The notes below the pieces were generated by a model. It saw only the letters and a program-made list of their open reading frames with translations, was not told the DNA's origin and made no database searches. The translations under genes were made by a program, and so were the position numbers. A stretch of 64,000 nucleotides of DNA from a virus. Within the stretch, counting starts at the first letter, position 1. Each line of letters opens with the position of its first letter. This document shows, in pieces, positions 1 through 12,050 of the stretch. Location of the stretch: the IMG/VR virus record IMGVR_UViG_3300028048_000053, positions 98,692-162,691 of that record. The stretch is one strand, 5' to 3'.

Positions 1-74
1 AGAGCTTCTCGTGCGGCCACCCCTGCGCCGACCGCAGCCCCAGTCCAGGCAAGCTCTCAGGGATTTAACTTTTA
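1..74 (+). CDS. 3' end of an upstream gene (partial). The Ala/Pro-rich C-terminus ends ...RASRAATPAPTAAPVQASSQGFNF then a stop. It is unusually GC-rich (about 65%).
   Basis: Open frame from the window edge to TAA at 72-74. The composition contrasts with the rest of the window. Confidence 0.3.
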
Positions 75-100
75 ATGGAAGTATGTGTTGATTTAGAAGA

Positions 101-135
101 GGTAAAGGGCTTTGTTACAAGCAAAGCCTTTACCC
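101..135. other. Imperfect hairpin (ggtaaagggctttg / caaagcctttacc). A 16-bp perfect palindrome cacagatatatctgtg follows at 155-170. Possible regulatory region upstream of the ATPase gene.
   Basis: Inverted repeats read directly. A TTGACA hexamer at 145-150 overlaps the palindrome. Confidence 0.3.
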
Positions 136-231
136 GCTTCCTACTTGACAACAACACAGATATATCTGTGTCAGCTTATATTTTACAAACATTATTAAAT
201 CAAATTGGTATAGATATGGAGAAGTAGAATA

Positions 232-1209
232 ATGGCAATTAATCTTTTAACAATTCAGCCCAATAAAGTGTCTCGTGACCTGAGCGGATATATCACCTAT
301 ATTTACGGACCTCCTAAGGTCGGCAAAACTACTTTGTGTTCTAAATTTCCCGGAGCACTTCTATTAGCTTTTGAAAAAGGATATAATACAATTCCTGGTA
401 TTTTGGTTCAGCCCATTGAAAAGTGGTCAGAGGTTAAGGAAGTTATTAGGGAACTAAAGAAGAAGGAAGTTAAGGACGTATATAAGACGATTATTATTGA
501 TACCATTGACATAGCTGGTAGCCTGTGCGAAAAGTATGTGTGCAGTCAGCTGGGTATTGACAGTATCGGCGATGGCGGATGGACGAATAATGGCTGGTCT
601 CGCTATAAGAAAGAATTTGAAGAGACTTTTAGAACGATAACTTTGCAGGGATATGCGCTTGTTTTTATCTCTCACAATCAAGAGAAAACTTTTAAGCGTA
701 AGGATGGTACCGAGTATAACATGACCGTACCAACTGCACAGAAGTCTATCAACAATATTGCGAAAGATATGGCAGACCTGTATTGTTATGCAGAACTTGA
801 TGAAGTTTCTAAAGAGCGCAAGTTGGTTATGCGTTCTTTGGATAATACAATTGAGTGCGGCAGTCGTTTTAAATATATGGCTAATGAAATTCCGCTTGAT
901 TATGATGCTCTTGTGAGAGCGGTCAACGAAGCAATTGACAAAGAAGCAAAAGAAAATAATAATCAATTTGTTACCAATGAACGAGTGGTGGCGCCAGTGG
1001 AAGAGCAGTATAATTATGACGAACTATTAACCGAGTTTAATGATTATGTTACACCTCTAATGCAGAAAGACCCTCAGTATTATGGACCGCGTATTGTATC
1101 TATTGTTGAGAAATATCTTGGCAAGGGAAAGAAAATCGCAGACTCTACTATTGACCAGGTTGATTTAATTTATCTTGTTGTTTCTGAGCTTAAGGCAGAT
1201 TTGAAATAA
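232..1209 (+). CDS. AAA_24/RecA-like phage ATPase (Sak4-like recombination/replication ATPase)
   Basis: Walker A GPPKVGKTT. Hydrophobic Walker B stretch IIIDTID. RBS GGAGAAG before the ATG. No in-frame TAG. Confidence 0.6.
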   Translation: MAINLLTIQPNKVSRDLSGYITYIYGPPKVGKTTLCSKFPGALLLAFEKGYNTIPGILVQPIEKWSEVKEVIRELKKKEVKDVYKTIIIDTIDIAGSLCEKYVCSQLGIDSIGDGGWTNNGWSRYKKEFEETFRTITLQGYALVFISHNQEKTFKRKDGTEYNMTVPTAQKSINNIAKDMADLYCYAELDEVSKERKLVMRSLDNTIECGSRFKYMANEIPLDYDALVRAVNEAIDKEAKENNNQFVTNERVVAPVEEQYNYDELLTEFNDYVTPLMQKDPQYYGPRIVSIVEKYLGKGKKIADSTIDQVDLIYLVVSELKADLK

Positions 1210-1252
1210 GCCAGAGTTTATACTCTGGTTTATTTTTTATCGGAGTGATTTT

Positions 1253-1468
1253 ATGGCAAAACATATAGTTATATGTAAATATTGCGGAGAAAAATTTGAT
1301 GCTAATAAAGAGCCTTATGTAATGGCTAGTTCAAGGCGCTACGCCCACGCTAGCTGCGCGGCCGCCGCAGACGCATCAAAAACCCAAGAAGAACGAGATA
1401 AAGAAGCTTTAGAAGCCTATATTAAACAATTATTTAATATACCCAAACTAACGCCAAAAATTAATTAG
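1253..1468 (+). CDS. Small Cys-rich (zinc-ribbon-like) hypothetical protein
   Basis: CxxC...C...C pattern. An RBS-like GGAG lies upstream. Contains one GCGGCCGC motif. Confidence 0.4.
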   Translation: MAKHIVICKYCGEKFDANKEPYVMASSRRYAHASCAAAADASKTQEERDKEALEAYIKQLFNIPKLTPKIN

Positions 1469-1803
1469 CAAATTAAAACCTTTTACGAAAAAAATGGATA
1501 TTCTTATTCGGGTATGTTAAAATGTTTAATTTATTTCTTTGAAACGCAGAAACATTCTATCGACTAGGCTAATGGAGGTATAGGGATTGTTCCATATATA
1601 TGGGAGTAGGTGTAGCAATACTATTTCTCACTTTGGCTTATACAACAAAAGAATGAAAATAAAAATATTCAAGAGTTTAAACCTCAAGAGATTATAATTT
1701 CCATCCCACCACCGCAAAGAAAAATCAAAAAACGAAAATTATTTAGCTTTTTAGATAAGGAGAATGAAGAGTGAGTTCAAAATATGTTGATACTACAAGT
1801 ATA

Positions 1804-3315
1804 ATGTAGGTCATCGGCAACGTCTACAAGAATCCTTCTCTCCTGGATTAGACAGATAAATATGTAATTACAGATGAAGATTTTCCAGACCAATTCCATA
1901 AGATAGCTTTTGGTACTATTTTTAAATTACATGAGCTTGGGGCGCAAAAGATTACCTTAAATGATATTGTAAATTTCTTATCAACTCGTCCAAAAAGTGA
2001 AGCTATCTTTAAGCAGCAAAAAGGCGAAGCGTGGTTTACCAAAATTATTGACTCTGTAATTCCCGAATCGTTTGACTATTACTATGATAGATTAAAGAAA
2101 TTTTCACTATTAAGGGCTTATGATAATTTTGGAATTGATGTTAGTGATATTTATGATATTGATAATATTCTAGATTCCAAAAAGAAGCAACAACAAGAAG
2201 ATATTTTGGATAACTCTTCTTTAACGCAAATCGCAGATATGATAGACAGTAAAATAGATGCTATTCGTTTAAAATTTGTTGATGATTGTTATGAAGAAGC
2301 AGAACAAGCCGGTGAAGGAATTTTTGACCTAATAGAAAGTTTTAAATTTCGTCCAGAAGTAGGAGTACCTTTGTATGGGCCTTTTATTAATACTGTGACG
2401 CGCGGAGCCAGGCTTAAAAAGTTCTACTTACGGAGCGCAGCGACCGGGGTTGGCAAGACGCGCAGTATGATTGCTGACACCTGTTACATAGGTTGCGACC
2501 GAATATATGATGAATATGTTGGATGGATTAAAACCGGAGCCGCGCAGCCAACTCTATTTATAACAACAGAGCAAGAAAAAGAAGAAATCCAAACAATGAT
2601 GTTAGCCTTTTTGTCAAATGTTAATGAAGAACATATCATTAATGGGCGATATGAGGGTGATGAAGATAGTAGGGTATTAGAAGCAGCCAAGATATTATCC
2701 GAAAGTAAAATCTATATTGATGAACTACCGGACTTTTCATTATAGGATATTGAAAACCATATAAAGAAAAATATCCGTGAACACGATGTACAATACGTTT
2801 TTCAAGATTACATACATACCTCCATGAAGATTCTTGAAGAGATTACACGACGTAGTGGCGGAGTTCGTTTAAGAGAAGATAATATCTTATTTATGTTATC
2901 TAACAAACTTAAAGACCTATGTAATCAGTATGGAATTTTTATCATGTCCGCAACTTAGCTCAACGGAGATTATGTCGATGCCGAAACGCCGGACCAAAAC
3001 TTGCTTCGCGGGGCTAAGGCGATTGCTGACAAAATTGACTACGGGAGCTTGCTTCTGCTCTCTCGTGAGCGAGACTACGAGGCTCTTGAACCCATATTAT
3101 CAAAATCAACTTTTGAAAAACCAATTATTAAAATGTCTATTTATAAAAATAGACGAGGAAGATATAAGGGTATTTACCTTTGGTGTAAGGCCGATTTGGG
3201 TACTTGCCGCATACAACCCATGTTTGCAACCGGATGGGATTATGAATTAATTCAAATGGATGATGTAAAAATCGAATTAAAAGATGAAGCTCCTTGGGAG
3301 ACAAAGAAAGGATAA
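1804..3315 (+). CDS. dnaB: DnaB-like replicative helicase. The N-terminal domain and RecA-like C-terminal domain are contiguous only if 4 in-frame TAG codons (1807, 1849, 2743, 2956) are read as sense.
   Basis: Walker A GARLKKFYLRSAATGVGKT. C-terminal DnaB-type block ...SATQLNGDYVDAETPDQNLLRGAKAIADKIDYGSLLLLSRERD. All fragments lie in frame 1. The start is uncertain: ATG 1804 or GTG 1771. Confidence 0.8.
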
Positions 3316-3321
3316 AATCTA

Positions 3322-3519
3322 ATGACAGTAAATAAGACAGGTTCTCTACATGAAAGAGTTGGAAGCGTAGAATATATCATGAATAGCGCAATGGCGGACG
3401 AAATTTTAAAAACTCGCAAGGGCGACGACAAAAAGCTGCGGCCGCAGGACTATTTAATCAAATATGTAAATGAGGATTGCGGACTGCTAAGAAATTGCAC
3501 CAAAGTGACAGTGATTTAA
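3322..3519 (+). CDS. Hypothetical protein (65 aa)
   Basis: ORF between the helicase and the primase with an RBS-like AAGGA upstream. No TAG. Confidence 0.3.
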   Translation: MTVNKTGSLHERVGSVEYIMNSAMADEILKTRKGDDKKLRPQDYLIKYVNEDCGLLRNCTKVTVI

Positions 3520-4623
3520 TTGTTAATTTTTGACAAGAAAGAAATTCGAGATAGTTTAACTCTTGAACAAGTTTATGAGCTTTTAGACCACTGGGGAGCT
3601 GAACCAGAATACTGCCCAACTGGTCTAATTGCTCGGACCATTTGTCACAATCCACCTAATGAGCCGGCTTCTCGCAAATTATATTATTATCAAAATACTA
3701 CTTTATTCCAATGTTATAGTAATTGCGGATTATTTGATATTTTTGAACTAACAATCAAAGTAATGCAAATTCAGCACAACATCACATATGATTTAAATGA
3801 AGCGGTAAGATGGGTTGCTTAGTATTTTGGTTTTTCGGGCAAAGAAGAAAATATTGAAGAAATAAATTCATTAGAGGATTGGAATATTTTTGCCGGATAT
3901 GATAGGATTTAGGATATATAGATTAAAATGCCCGATATTGTTCTTAAAGAATATGATGACGATATTTTAACTCGATTCAATTATGATGTAAAACTAGAGC
4001 CATGGTTGAAAGAGGGAATTTCCCAAACGGTATTAGACCATGCTGAAATTGGTTTTTATCCAGGAGGGGATTAGATTACAATTCCTCATTTTGACAAGGA
4101 TGGTCGATTTATAGGCTTGCGCGGCCGCAGTCTCAGTGAAGAAGATGCCCAACTCTATGGTAAATATAGACCAATTCGAGTGAATAACACCATCTACAAC
4201 CATCCACTCGGAATGAATCTTTATAATCTTAATAATAGTCGATTTAATATATCAAAAATTAAAAAAGCTATAATATTTGAGTCCGAAAAGAGCACCCTCT
4301 TATACCAAACATACTTTGGCTTTGATAACGATATTTCTACAGCTTGTTGCGGCAGTAATATTTCAGCCTATCAAATGTAGCTACTTCTGGACGCGGGGGC
4401 GCAGGAAGTTATTATAGCTTTTGACCGACAGTTTCAAAACGTTGGAGATAAAGAATTTATCGCATTAAAAAAGAAAATTACGAAGATATATGATAAATAT
4501 AAAAATTATATAACAATTAGCTTTATATGGGATAAGAAAATGATAACCGGATATAAAGCCAGTCCAGTAGACGAAGGAAAAAATAAATTTTTGTAGTTAT
4601 TTAAAGAAAGGATATTTTTATGA
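3520..4623 (+). CDS. dnaG: DnaG-like DNA primase (CHC2 zinc ribbon plus TOPRIM), with about 6 in-frame TAG codons
   Basis: N-terminal zinc-binding pattern CPTG...HNP...CYSNCG. TOPRIM-like IIFESEKS and VIIAFDRQ acidic motifs. All fragments lie in frame 1 and the gene ends with TGA at 4621-4623. Confidence 0.7.
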
Positions 4624-4714
4624 ACTAAAAAGGGTGATAGTGATTAATCTAATAGAAAGAATTTTCAAGAATATTAATAGATGGTGATTAATATGAAAGG
4701 GGGTTGAATATTCT

Positions 4715-6490
4715 ATGGAATATCAACTATTAGGCCCGGAACTCTTGGATAGAACAGATTTAACGCCAATCGAACGGGTCTTCTTAAACAGGGGCATTGA
4801 GCCTCAAAATATTAATCACTATCTTCAAACGACCGAAGAAGATATTTTAAATCCATTGTTGTTAGAAAATATGGATAGAGGGGCAAGGATGTTAGTAAAG
4901 CATTTTGCGGCCGGAGATAAAATTTTTATCTAGGTAGATAGCGATGCAGATGGTTATACAAGTTCAGCAGCCTTAATTAACTATCTTAACTTCATTGCGC
5001 CAGGGCATACACAACAAAATATCTCTTATCGGTTGCACGAAGGAAAGTAGCATGGTATTATTTTAGATACCATTCCTTCAAACATTAAATTACTTATTGT
5101 TCCAGACGCGGGAAGCAATGATATAGAACAATAGCGCATACTATCAGAATAGGGAATCGATGTTTTGGTATTAGACCATCACGAGGTTGAAGAAAAATCT
5201 CCATATGCTTGCATTATTAATAATCAATCCTGTGATTATCCGACTAAGTCTCTATCTGGTGTGGGTATAGTATATAAGTTTTGTTAGTATTTAGATACTT
5301 TGTTAAATGTAAATTATTCATCAAAAATATTAGATTTGGTCGCTATTGGAATTATAAGTGATGTAATGGATTTACGAGATTATGAAACAAGAGAATTAAT
5401 CACTCTTGGTTTTAATGATATTGAAAATCCTTTTATTGCGGCTTTTGTAGAAAAGCAATCTTACAGCTTAAAGGGGGAATTAACCCCAGAGGGCGTATCA
5501 TTTTATATTGCACCATATATTAATGCTACTGTAAGAATGGGTAGTTAGAATGAAAAATAGCTCTTATTTGAGTCAATGCTAAACTTTAAAGCCTATGATA
5601 AAATTCTATCAACAAAACGAGGAAGTAAAGGATAGCTTGAAACAAGAGTAGAGCAAGCTTGTAGAAATTGCACTAATATTAAGAGTAGACAGACCAAAGC
5701 AAGAGATACAAGCCTAGAGATAATCAGGTCTATCATCGAGGAAAATGATTTAGCAGATAATCCAATATTAATTATTTAGTTAGAGAATCCAGTAGAGGAA
5801 AATCTAACGGGATTGATTGCTAATCAATTAGTAGGAGAATATCAAAAGCCCGTTCTTTTATTAAATAGATACATAGAAGTTGATGAAAGCACTGGTGAGG
5901 TATTAACAAACTCTTGGAGAGGTAGCGGACGTAACGACTCTTATTCTAAGCTAGGGAACTTGCGCGAATTGGTAGCAAATAGTAATTTAGTAGAATTCGC
6001 GTAGGGACATGCCTCTGCCTTTGGACTTAGTGTTTTGGATGAAAACATAGAATCATTAAAAACATATTTATATGAAGTATTAAAGTAGTTTGATACATCT
6101 GCGTGCTATTATGTTGATTTTATTTGGAGTGGCAACAATGCAGAATAGTCAAAGAATACGATACTTGATATAGGAAGTTTAAAATCTATTTGGGGCCAGG
6201 GATTAACCAAGCCCCAGGTCGCCATAGAAAATGTAAAAGTAACCGCAAATAATTTAACTTTAATGTCGCAAGACAAAAATCCGACACTAAAAATAAAACT
6301 TCCTGGTGATTTAAGCCTGATTAAATTCAGGTCGAGTAAAGAGGAATATGATTCATTATATTCTGAAACTGGTTGTGTTATAATTAATATCGTTGGCACT
6401 TGCGAACAAAATGTGTGGAACGGTAATATTAGTCCTCAAATCATTATTGAAGATTATGAAATTGTAAGTAAAACTGCCTATTACTTCTAA
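4715..6490 (+). CDS. recJ: DHH-family phosphoesterase, RecJ-like ssDNA exonuclease, with about 12 in-frame TAG codons
   Basis: DHH motifs VDSDADGYTSSAA, VPDAGSND and VLDHH. The ORF fragments 4715, 5300, 5813 and 6263 are all in frame 2. Confidence 0.7.
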
Positions 6491-6538
6491 TTCAAACACA
6501 ATCTTTCGGCCTAATGAATAATTAGGAGGAAAGTTATT

Positions 6539-7294
6539 ATGAAAAAAAGTTTTAGACTAGTAATTTGTATAATTGCATTATTTGCTATTATGTTAAATTA
6601 TGCTACTGCAAATTCACCATTTATTCCAACTGACAATTTAAGTTTAGATAATTTAGCTTTTATTAGAGAACTTAAAGAAGCATATCAAGAATTGATTGAT
6701 AGTCAAGAGTATGCGCACACGATGGCGGAATGTGCCCGCGCACTCGGTTATTCAGAAGATTGCGATATTATTACAACAGCTAAGGAAGAATGGCATTCAG
6801 CTCAAGATGAAAGATTATTAAATGCCGAGACCCAACATTATTGGGAAGAAAAATATAAAGAATATCCTTATGCCACATATATTTGGTTATTCTTAACATC
6901 TGAATTAAAGTATAGTAATTATGTTGCTGCTGGCCTTTTAGGTAATATGATGGTAGAAGTTGGGGGATGCACTTTAGATATTCAGTATTGGCTCTATTCT
7001 TATGATGATGCTTATTATTATGGAATTTGCCAATGGAATAAAGATGACTATCCCGACGTAAGAGGAAAAAATTTAATAGAGCAGTTAAATTATTTAGTAG
7101 AAACAATTGAATATGAATTAAATACTTTTGGATTTGCCTATGCCCGCAATTATAAGTATGCTAATTTTTTAGAGCTGGAATCAACAGATGAGACAGCTTT
7201 GATGTTTGCCAAATGTTATGAGCGTTGTGCTGCAAGCACTTATTCTTATAGACAAAAATGTGCTACGATTGCTTATAATTATTTTGTTAATTAA
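6539..7294 (+). CDS. Secreted protein with N-terminal signal peptide. Possible peptidoglycan hydrolase or tail-lysozyme-like protein.
   Basis: MKKSFRLVICIIALFAIMLNYATA signal-like segment. LGNMMVEVGG and CQWN motifs. Complete in the standard code (no TAG). Confidence 0.5.
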   Translation: MKKSFRLVICIIALFAIMLNYATANSPFIPTDNLSLDNLAFIRELKEAYQELIDSQEYAHTMAECARALGYSEDCDIITTAKEEWHSAQDERLLNAETQHYWEEKYKEYPYATYIWLFLTSELKYSNYVAAGLLGNMMVEVGGCTLDIQYWLYSYDDAYYYGICQWNKDDYPDVRGKNLIEQLNYLVETIEYELNTFGFAYARNYKYANFLELESTDETALMFAKCYERCAASTYSYRQKCATIAYNYFVN

Positions 7295-7299
7295 ACTCT

Positions 7300-7340
7300 A
7301 AAGGGGGTTATGGTTTAACCATAACCCCCTTTTATTTTTT
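7300..7340 (+). terminator. Rho-independent terminator
   Basis: GGGGGTTATGG-ttta-ACCATAACCCCC stem-loop followed by a T-run. Confidence 0.7.
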
Positions 7341-7352
7341 AGGAGATATAAA

Positions 7353-7766
7353 GTGCTTATGATTAAAAAGATAGAATCTTGTGAAATAAAAGATGCAAAG
7401 GGTAATGTGATTATGCAATTTAATAATAACCCATCGGTAACCTTTACTTTAGACGAAATTAGCTCAGTTTTAGATGCGGTAGAACCAGCACAGCCACGAG
7501 CTTCAGCACATGAAGCCAGGGAGGCGTTGCGTAAATTTTGTATTAGTTTAACAGAAGTTAATAGAGGGCTCAAAAAAGCCTCAGACGTATTATCCGAACT
7601 AGCAGATAAATGGAATGAAATTGGAAATATTTATGCCATTACCCCGGATGAAGTTGCGCAAGGGCTGCTCCGGGCGCAGACGCCAGATACAACCGTCACA
7701 CCAAATGAAAATGAGGTTTACAATTTTTTGGAACAAAATGCCTATGATGAGGATTTCCATATTTAA
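7353..7766 (+). CDS. Hypothetical protein (137 aa)
   Basis: ORF with a GGAG upstream. No TAG. Confidence 0.45.
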   Translation: MLMIKKIESCEIKDAKGNVIMQFNNNPSVTFTLDEISSVLDAVEPAQPRASAHEAREALRKFCISLTEVNRGLKKASDVLSELADKWNEIGNIYAITPDEVAQGLLRAQTPDTTVTPNENEVYNFLEQNAYDEDFHI

Positions 7767-8126
7767 TTGACTAAGTTAAAAAAATATGATATAATATATA
7801 TAGAAATGAAAGTAGGAGTTTTGGATATGCCAGCAAAATGTGATTATGATAAAGCTTTTAATTTTAACGTTACCTGTTTAGACCAATATGACTTCAGCGA
7901 ATTTTTGACAGATGGACGAAGTCTTTGGAATATTAGAGACGCAATTGAAGAAAAATATGATAAAGAATTTAAAGAAAAATATGATATTTATGTATTTGAT
8001 AATCTTGACGGAGAAGATACTTGTCAATATTTCGCAAGTAGATATAATGTCTGGTTTCAGGAATATACGGATTGGGTGGTGAGACACGAGAATGGAACTG
8101 ACGAAAAAACAGCAAGAAGGACTTAA
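7767..8126 (+). CDS. Hypothetical protein (119 aa)
   Basis: ORF. Its end overlaps the start of the helicase gene. Confidence 0.45.
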   Translation: MTKLKKYDIIYIEMKVGVLDMPAKCDYDKAFNFNVTCLDQYDFSEFLTDGRSLWNIRDAIEEKYDKEFKEKYDIYVFDNLDGEDTCQYFASRYNVWFQEYTDWVVRHENGTDEKTARRT

Positions 8127-9303
8127 AATTGCGATAGAGCGATATAAAAATCACGAAAAGTTTACCGTAATTTCGGGTTATGCTGGAACAGGTAAATCAA
8201 CGCTGGTTAAGTTCATCGTAGAAGCACTACCAGATATTGAGCCTGAATTGGACGTAAAATATGTAGCATATACAGGAAAAGCCGCTAATGTTTTAAAAAA
8301 TAAAGGTTGTCCAGGAGCAACAACAGCTCATAAATTGATTTACGAGGCTCGTATGATGCCAGATGGTAAATATAGTTTCTTCCCTCGCCAAGAGCTAGAA
8401 GGCCATCCATTGGTAATTATTGTAGACGAGGTCTCAATGTTACCTAAAAAAATGTGGGACAGACTATGTTCTTATAATGTCTATATTATCGCTTGCGGCG
8501 ACCCCGCATAGCTTCCTCCAGTGGCGGACAAAGGAGAGGACCCAGACAACCACGTACTTGACCATCCGCATATTTTTCTTGATGAGATTATGCGGCAGGC
8601 CGCAGAAAGTGAAATTATCAGATTGTCAATGCATGTCAGAGAAGGAAAATCCTTATCTTTATATTGGGCAGAAAATAAAGAAGTAATGATGATTCCAAAA
8701 GGTGAGCTAACTAATGATATGCTCCTGTGGGCCGATGAAGTTTTGTGTTCAACCAATGGGACTTGCGGCCGCCTGAATAATCGTATGCGCCAGGCCAAGG
8801 GATTGTTCGGGGACCCCCAGGTTGGGGATAAAATTATTAATCGTCATAATGAGTGGGAGTTTTTATCAAATAAACAAAACCCTTTAACAAACGGAATTAT
8901 CGGTACGGTAGTAGGTAATAATTATAAACAAGACATTTATTACCCAGGATGGATTCGTAAAGAAGACCACAACTTTTCCATCCCGGTGTATTGGTGTGAT
9001 ATGGCGGGTGATGAAGAGGGAGAGATTTTCTCTGGAGTCATGATGGACTATGAAATGATAAACGGCAGAGAAGAGAGTTTGAACGGTAGGGAAAAATACC
9101 TAATTAATCGCTCTAAAATTAAATCCTTTATTCCCTTTACTTGCACCTATGGATATGCCATCACCACCTGGAAGGCCCAGGGCAGCCAATGGGATAAGGT
9201 CTTGCTAATGGACGAAGGATGGCCATATGAGCCAGAATTACGTCAGAAATTTTTATATACAAGTATCACACGAGCTGCGAATAAATTGGTGATTATTGTT
9301 TAA
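8092..9303 (+). CDS. SF1 DNA helicase of the Dda/RecD/Pif1 type
   Basis: Walker A GYAGTGKST. Motif III reads GDPA-TAG-LPPV, so TAG 8509-8511 sits exactly at the invariant Gln. Both halves are in frame 1. C-terminal ...YAITTWKAQGSQWDKV is RecD motif V/VI-like. Confidence 0.85.
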
Positions 9304-9342
9304 AATTTTGACTTTAATTAAAAATAAAGGTATAATATAAGT

Positions 9343-9537
9343 ATGTTTGGTATAAATAATGATTATTACGACGAAATGTTAAATTATCCATGTTTAAGCA
9401 AAATGCCTGGTAACTGGTTGGTTAAACATGGTTTTGATAAAGCTTGGGATATGCTGATAAACGATGGCCTATGTGTTTTAATGGAAAGGTTAGAATATTT
9501 AGCAAGTCAAGAGCTTTTAAAAGAGGGTGATTAGTAA
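9343..9537 (+). CDS. Hypothetical protein (64 aa)
   Basis: ORF ending ...GD-TAG-TAA. Its stop overlaps the RBS and GTG start of dnaE. Confidence 0.35.
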
Positions 9538-12050
9538 GTGAAGATTAACGATAGATATTATCCAGGTAGTCTTCATAATTAAACCATACGGATTATAGCA
9601 ATTTAAGACTACGCGATTCTATTAACACTATTTCAGGACTGATAGATTATGCTATAGAACTTAATCACGAAGTTATTGCTATAACAGACCACGAAAGTGT
9701 TAGTAATGCAATAAAGGTAGAGAAATATTATAATTCAATTAAAAAAGAACATCCAAACTTTAAAGTAATTTTAGGAAATGAAATATATCTAACCCGTGAT
9801 GGCCTTAATGCAGAGAACTTTGACAAAACCCAAGATAAATATTATCACTTCTTGCTCTTGGCGAAGGACGCTATTGGACATCAACAAATTAGAGAACTTT
9901 CTACAAGAGCATGGCTACGTTCATACACCGCTCAGAGAATGCGAAGAGTGCCAACCTATTATCAAGATTTGATTGATATTATCGGGGCAAATCCTGGTCA
10001 TGTCATTGCGTCAAGTGCGTGTTTAGGTGGCTTTATTCCAACTGAATTGCTTCAATGGAACGAAAATAAAGATGATAATTTTTATCAAAAAATTGTTCAA
10101 TGGGTTATTCAAATGAAACAATTATTTGATAATAATTTTTACCTGGAATTACAGCCGTCTGCTTCAAAAGAACAAACATTCGTAAATAGAGAATTGATAA
10201 ATCTATCAAGATTAACCAATACTCCATATATAATAACGACCGATAGCCATTATTTAACCAAAGAAGACGCAAGTATTCATAAAGCATATCTTAATTCGCA
10301 AGATGGTGATAGAGAGGTTGATAGCTTTTATGCAACAACCTATATGATGAGCACAGAAGAACTTGAATCACATCTAGACCTGACTGAAGAAGAATTAGTA
10401 TATGCGTATGAGAATATTTTGAACATCAAAGAGTCGTGTCAAGACTTTAGTTTATTAAAACCGCTTCGTATTCCAGAGCTGCTTTGGAAAACATATCCAG
10501 AAGATAGAGAAGCCATTGAGCACTATTCTCAATTAATTCCTTATCTTCAAACTTTTTATACCTCTGAATATATTGGCGATAAAATATTGGTTAATGCTAT
10601 TGTTGATAAATTAAAGAAAGAGACAAAATTAAACGAACAAAATACTTATGATGCTATAAATACTTGTTTGGAAATGACTTGGATTTCTTCGGAAGTAAAC
10701 AAGGCGCATTGGTCGGCATATTATTTAAATTTACAAAAAATTATTGATACTTGTTGGGAAGCTGGTAGTATTGTTGGTCCAGGGCGTGGTTCTGGCGTTG
10801 GATTTATCTTACTTTATATTTTAGATATTACCCAAATTAATCCTCTATGGGAAGATGTGCGGACGTTCGCTTGGAGATTTTTGAATCCAGCTCGTGTGTC
10901 CGTATTAGATGTAGATTTTGACATCGAGGGTGGCCGGCGGCCGCAAGTATTAACGAAGTTTAGAGAAGTTTATGGCGAAGACAGAGTAGCAAACGTAGTA
11001 ACTTTTGGAACCGAAAAATCTAAATCGGCGATTTTAACTGCGGCCCGTGGACTGGGTATTGATGTAGATGAAGCACAGTATATTTCATCTTTAGTTCCAT
11101 CTGATAGAGGAATGATACGCACCTTAAAACAATGCTACTACGGCGACGAAGAAAATGGTTTTGCCCCAATATCTTCTTTTATTAGAGAAATGGATGCCCG
11201 GCCAGAGCTCTGGCAGGTAGCGCAAAAAATAGAGGGTCTTGTATGCAGAATGGGTATTCACGCTGGCGGAGTTATTTTTGTTGATGAACCGTTTACTAAT
11301 ACAACGGGTCTTATGCGGGCACCCGATGGAACAATTATAACAGCCTTTGACCTTCATGACGCAGAAGCAGTAAGCCTTATTAAATATGATGCTCTTAGCG
11401 TTGAAGCCGAGGATAAAATACATGCTTGTATGGATTTGCTATTGGCCGATGGTGTTGTTGAGCCAGGAGCAACTTTAAAAGAAACCTATGAAAAGATAGT
11501 GGGTATATATGGACTTGAACGCGACGACCCCAAGATGTGGGAAATGGTTTGGAATCATAAAATCCTGTCGCTATTTCAAATGGAACAGCAAAGCGGTATT
11601 CAAGGTATTGCTTTAACAAAACCGAAAAGTGTAGAAGATTTAGCCCACTTGAATTCAGTCATTCGCTTAATGGCTCAAGAAAAAGGTGGAGAGCAGCCTT
11701 TATCCAAGTATGCTCGATTTAAAGAGAATCCAAAACTGTGGCGTCAGGAAATGACAAAATATGGATTGACAGAAGAAGAGCAACAGTTATTGGTACCATA
11801 TGTTGGAGGTTCTTATGGTATTTGCGAAAGCCAGGAGGGTTTCATGCAGTTGGTACAGATTCCAGAGTGTGGCGGCTTTGACCTAAACTTCGCAGACCGA
11901 CTTCGCAAAAGTATTGCAAAAAAGAATCCAAAAGAGTATGAAGCATTAACTAAGGAATATTTTGAAGTTACTGCGGAAAAAGGATTAAGCAAAAATCTGT
12001 GCAACTATGTATGGAACGTACTGGTAGCGACAAGTCGTGGTTACGGTTTT
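9538..12050 (+). CDS. dnaE: DNA polymerase III alpha subunit (DnaE-type), exon 1: PHP domain, palm and most of the fingers. There is an apparent frame break after codon 14.
   Basis: PHP motifs LHNHTDYS and AITDHESV. Palm motif GPGRGSGVGFILLYILDITQINPL. The ORF finder start at 9852 (TTG) would delete the PHP domain. GTG 9538 has an AGAGGGTGA RBS. The exon ends at U 12050 inside GYGF|N. Confidence 0.75.

Noticed and set aside
145-185. Sigma70-like promoter upstream of the ATPase gene (TTGACA at 145-150).
   Set aside because: No acceptable -10 hexamer at 16-18 nt spacing. Only the palindrome is reported.
454-966. ORF-track entries that run antisense to, or overlap out of frame with, the called genes. 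They cluster inside the GC-rich LRR region. Examples: 454-966, 2484-2690, 10105-10287, 11124-11619, 13290-13541, 31634-31949, 32118-32312, 45506-45817.
   Set aside because: They overlap well-supported genes on the other strand or frame. They lack RBSs. They are the by-product expected from low-complexity or GC-rich coding sequence.
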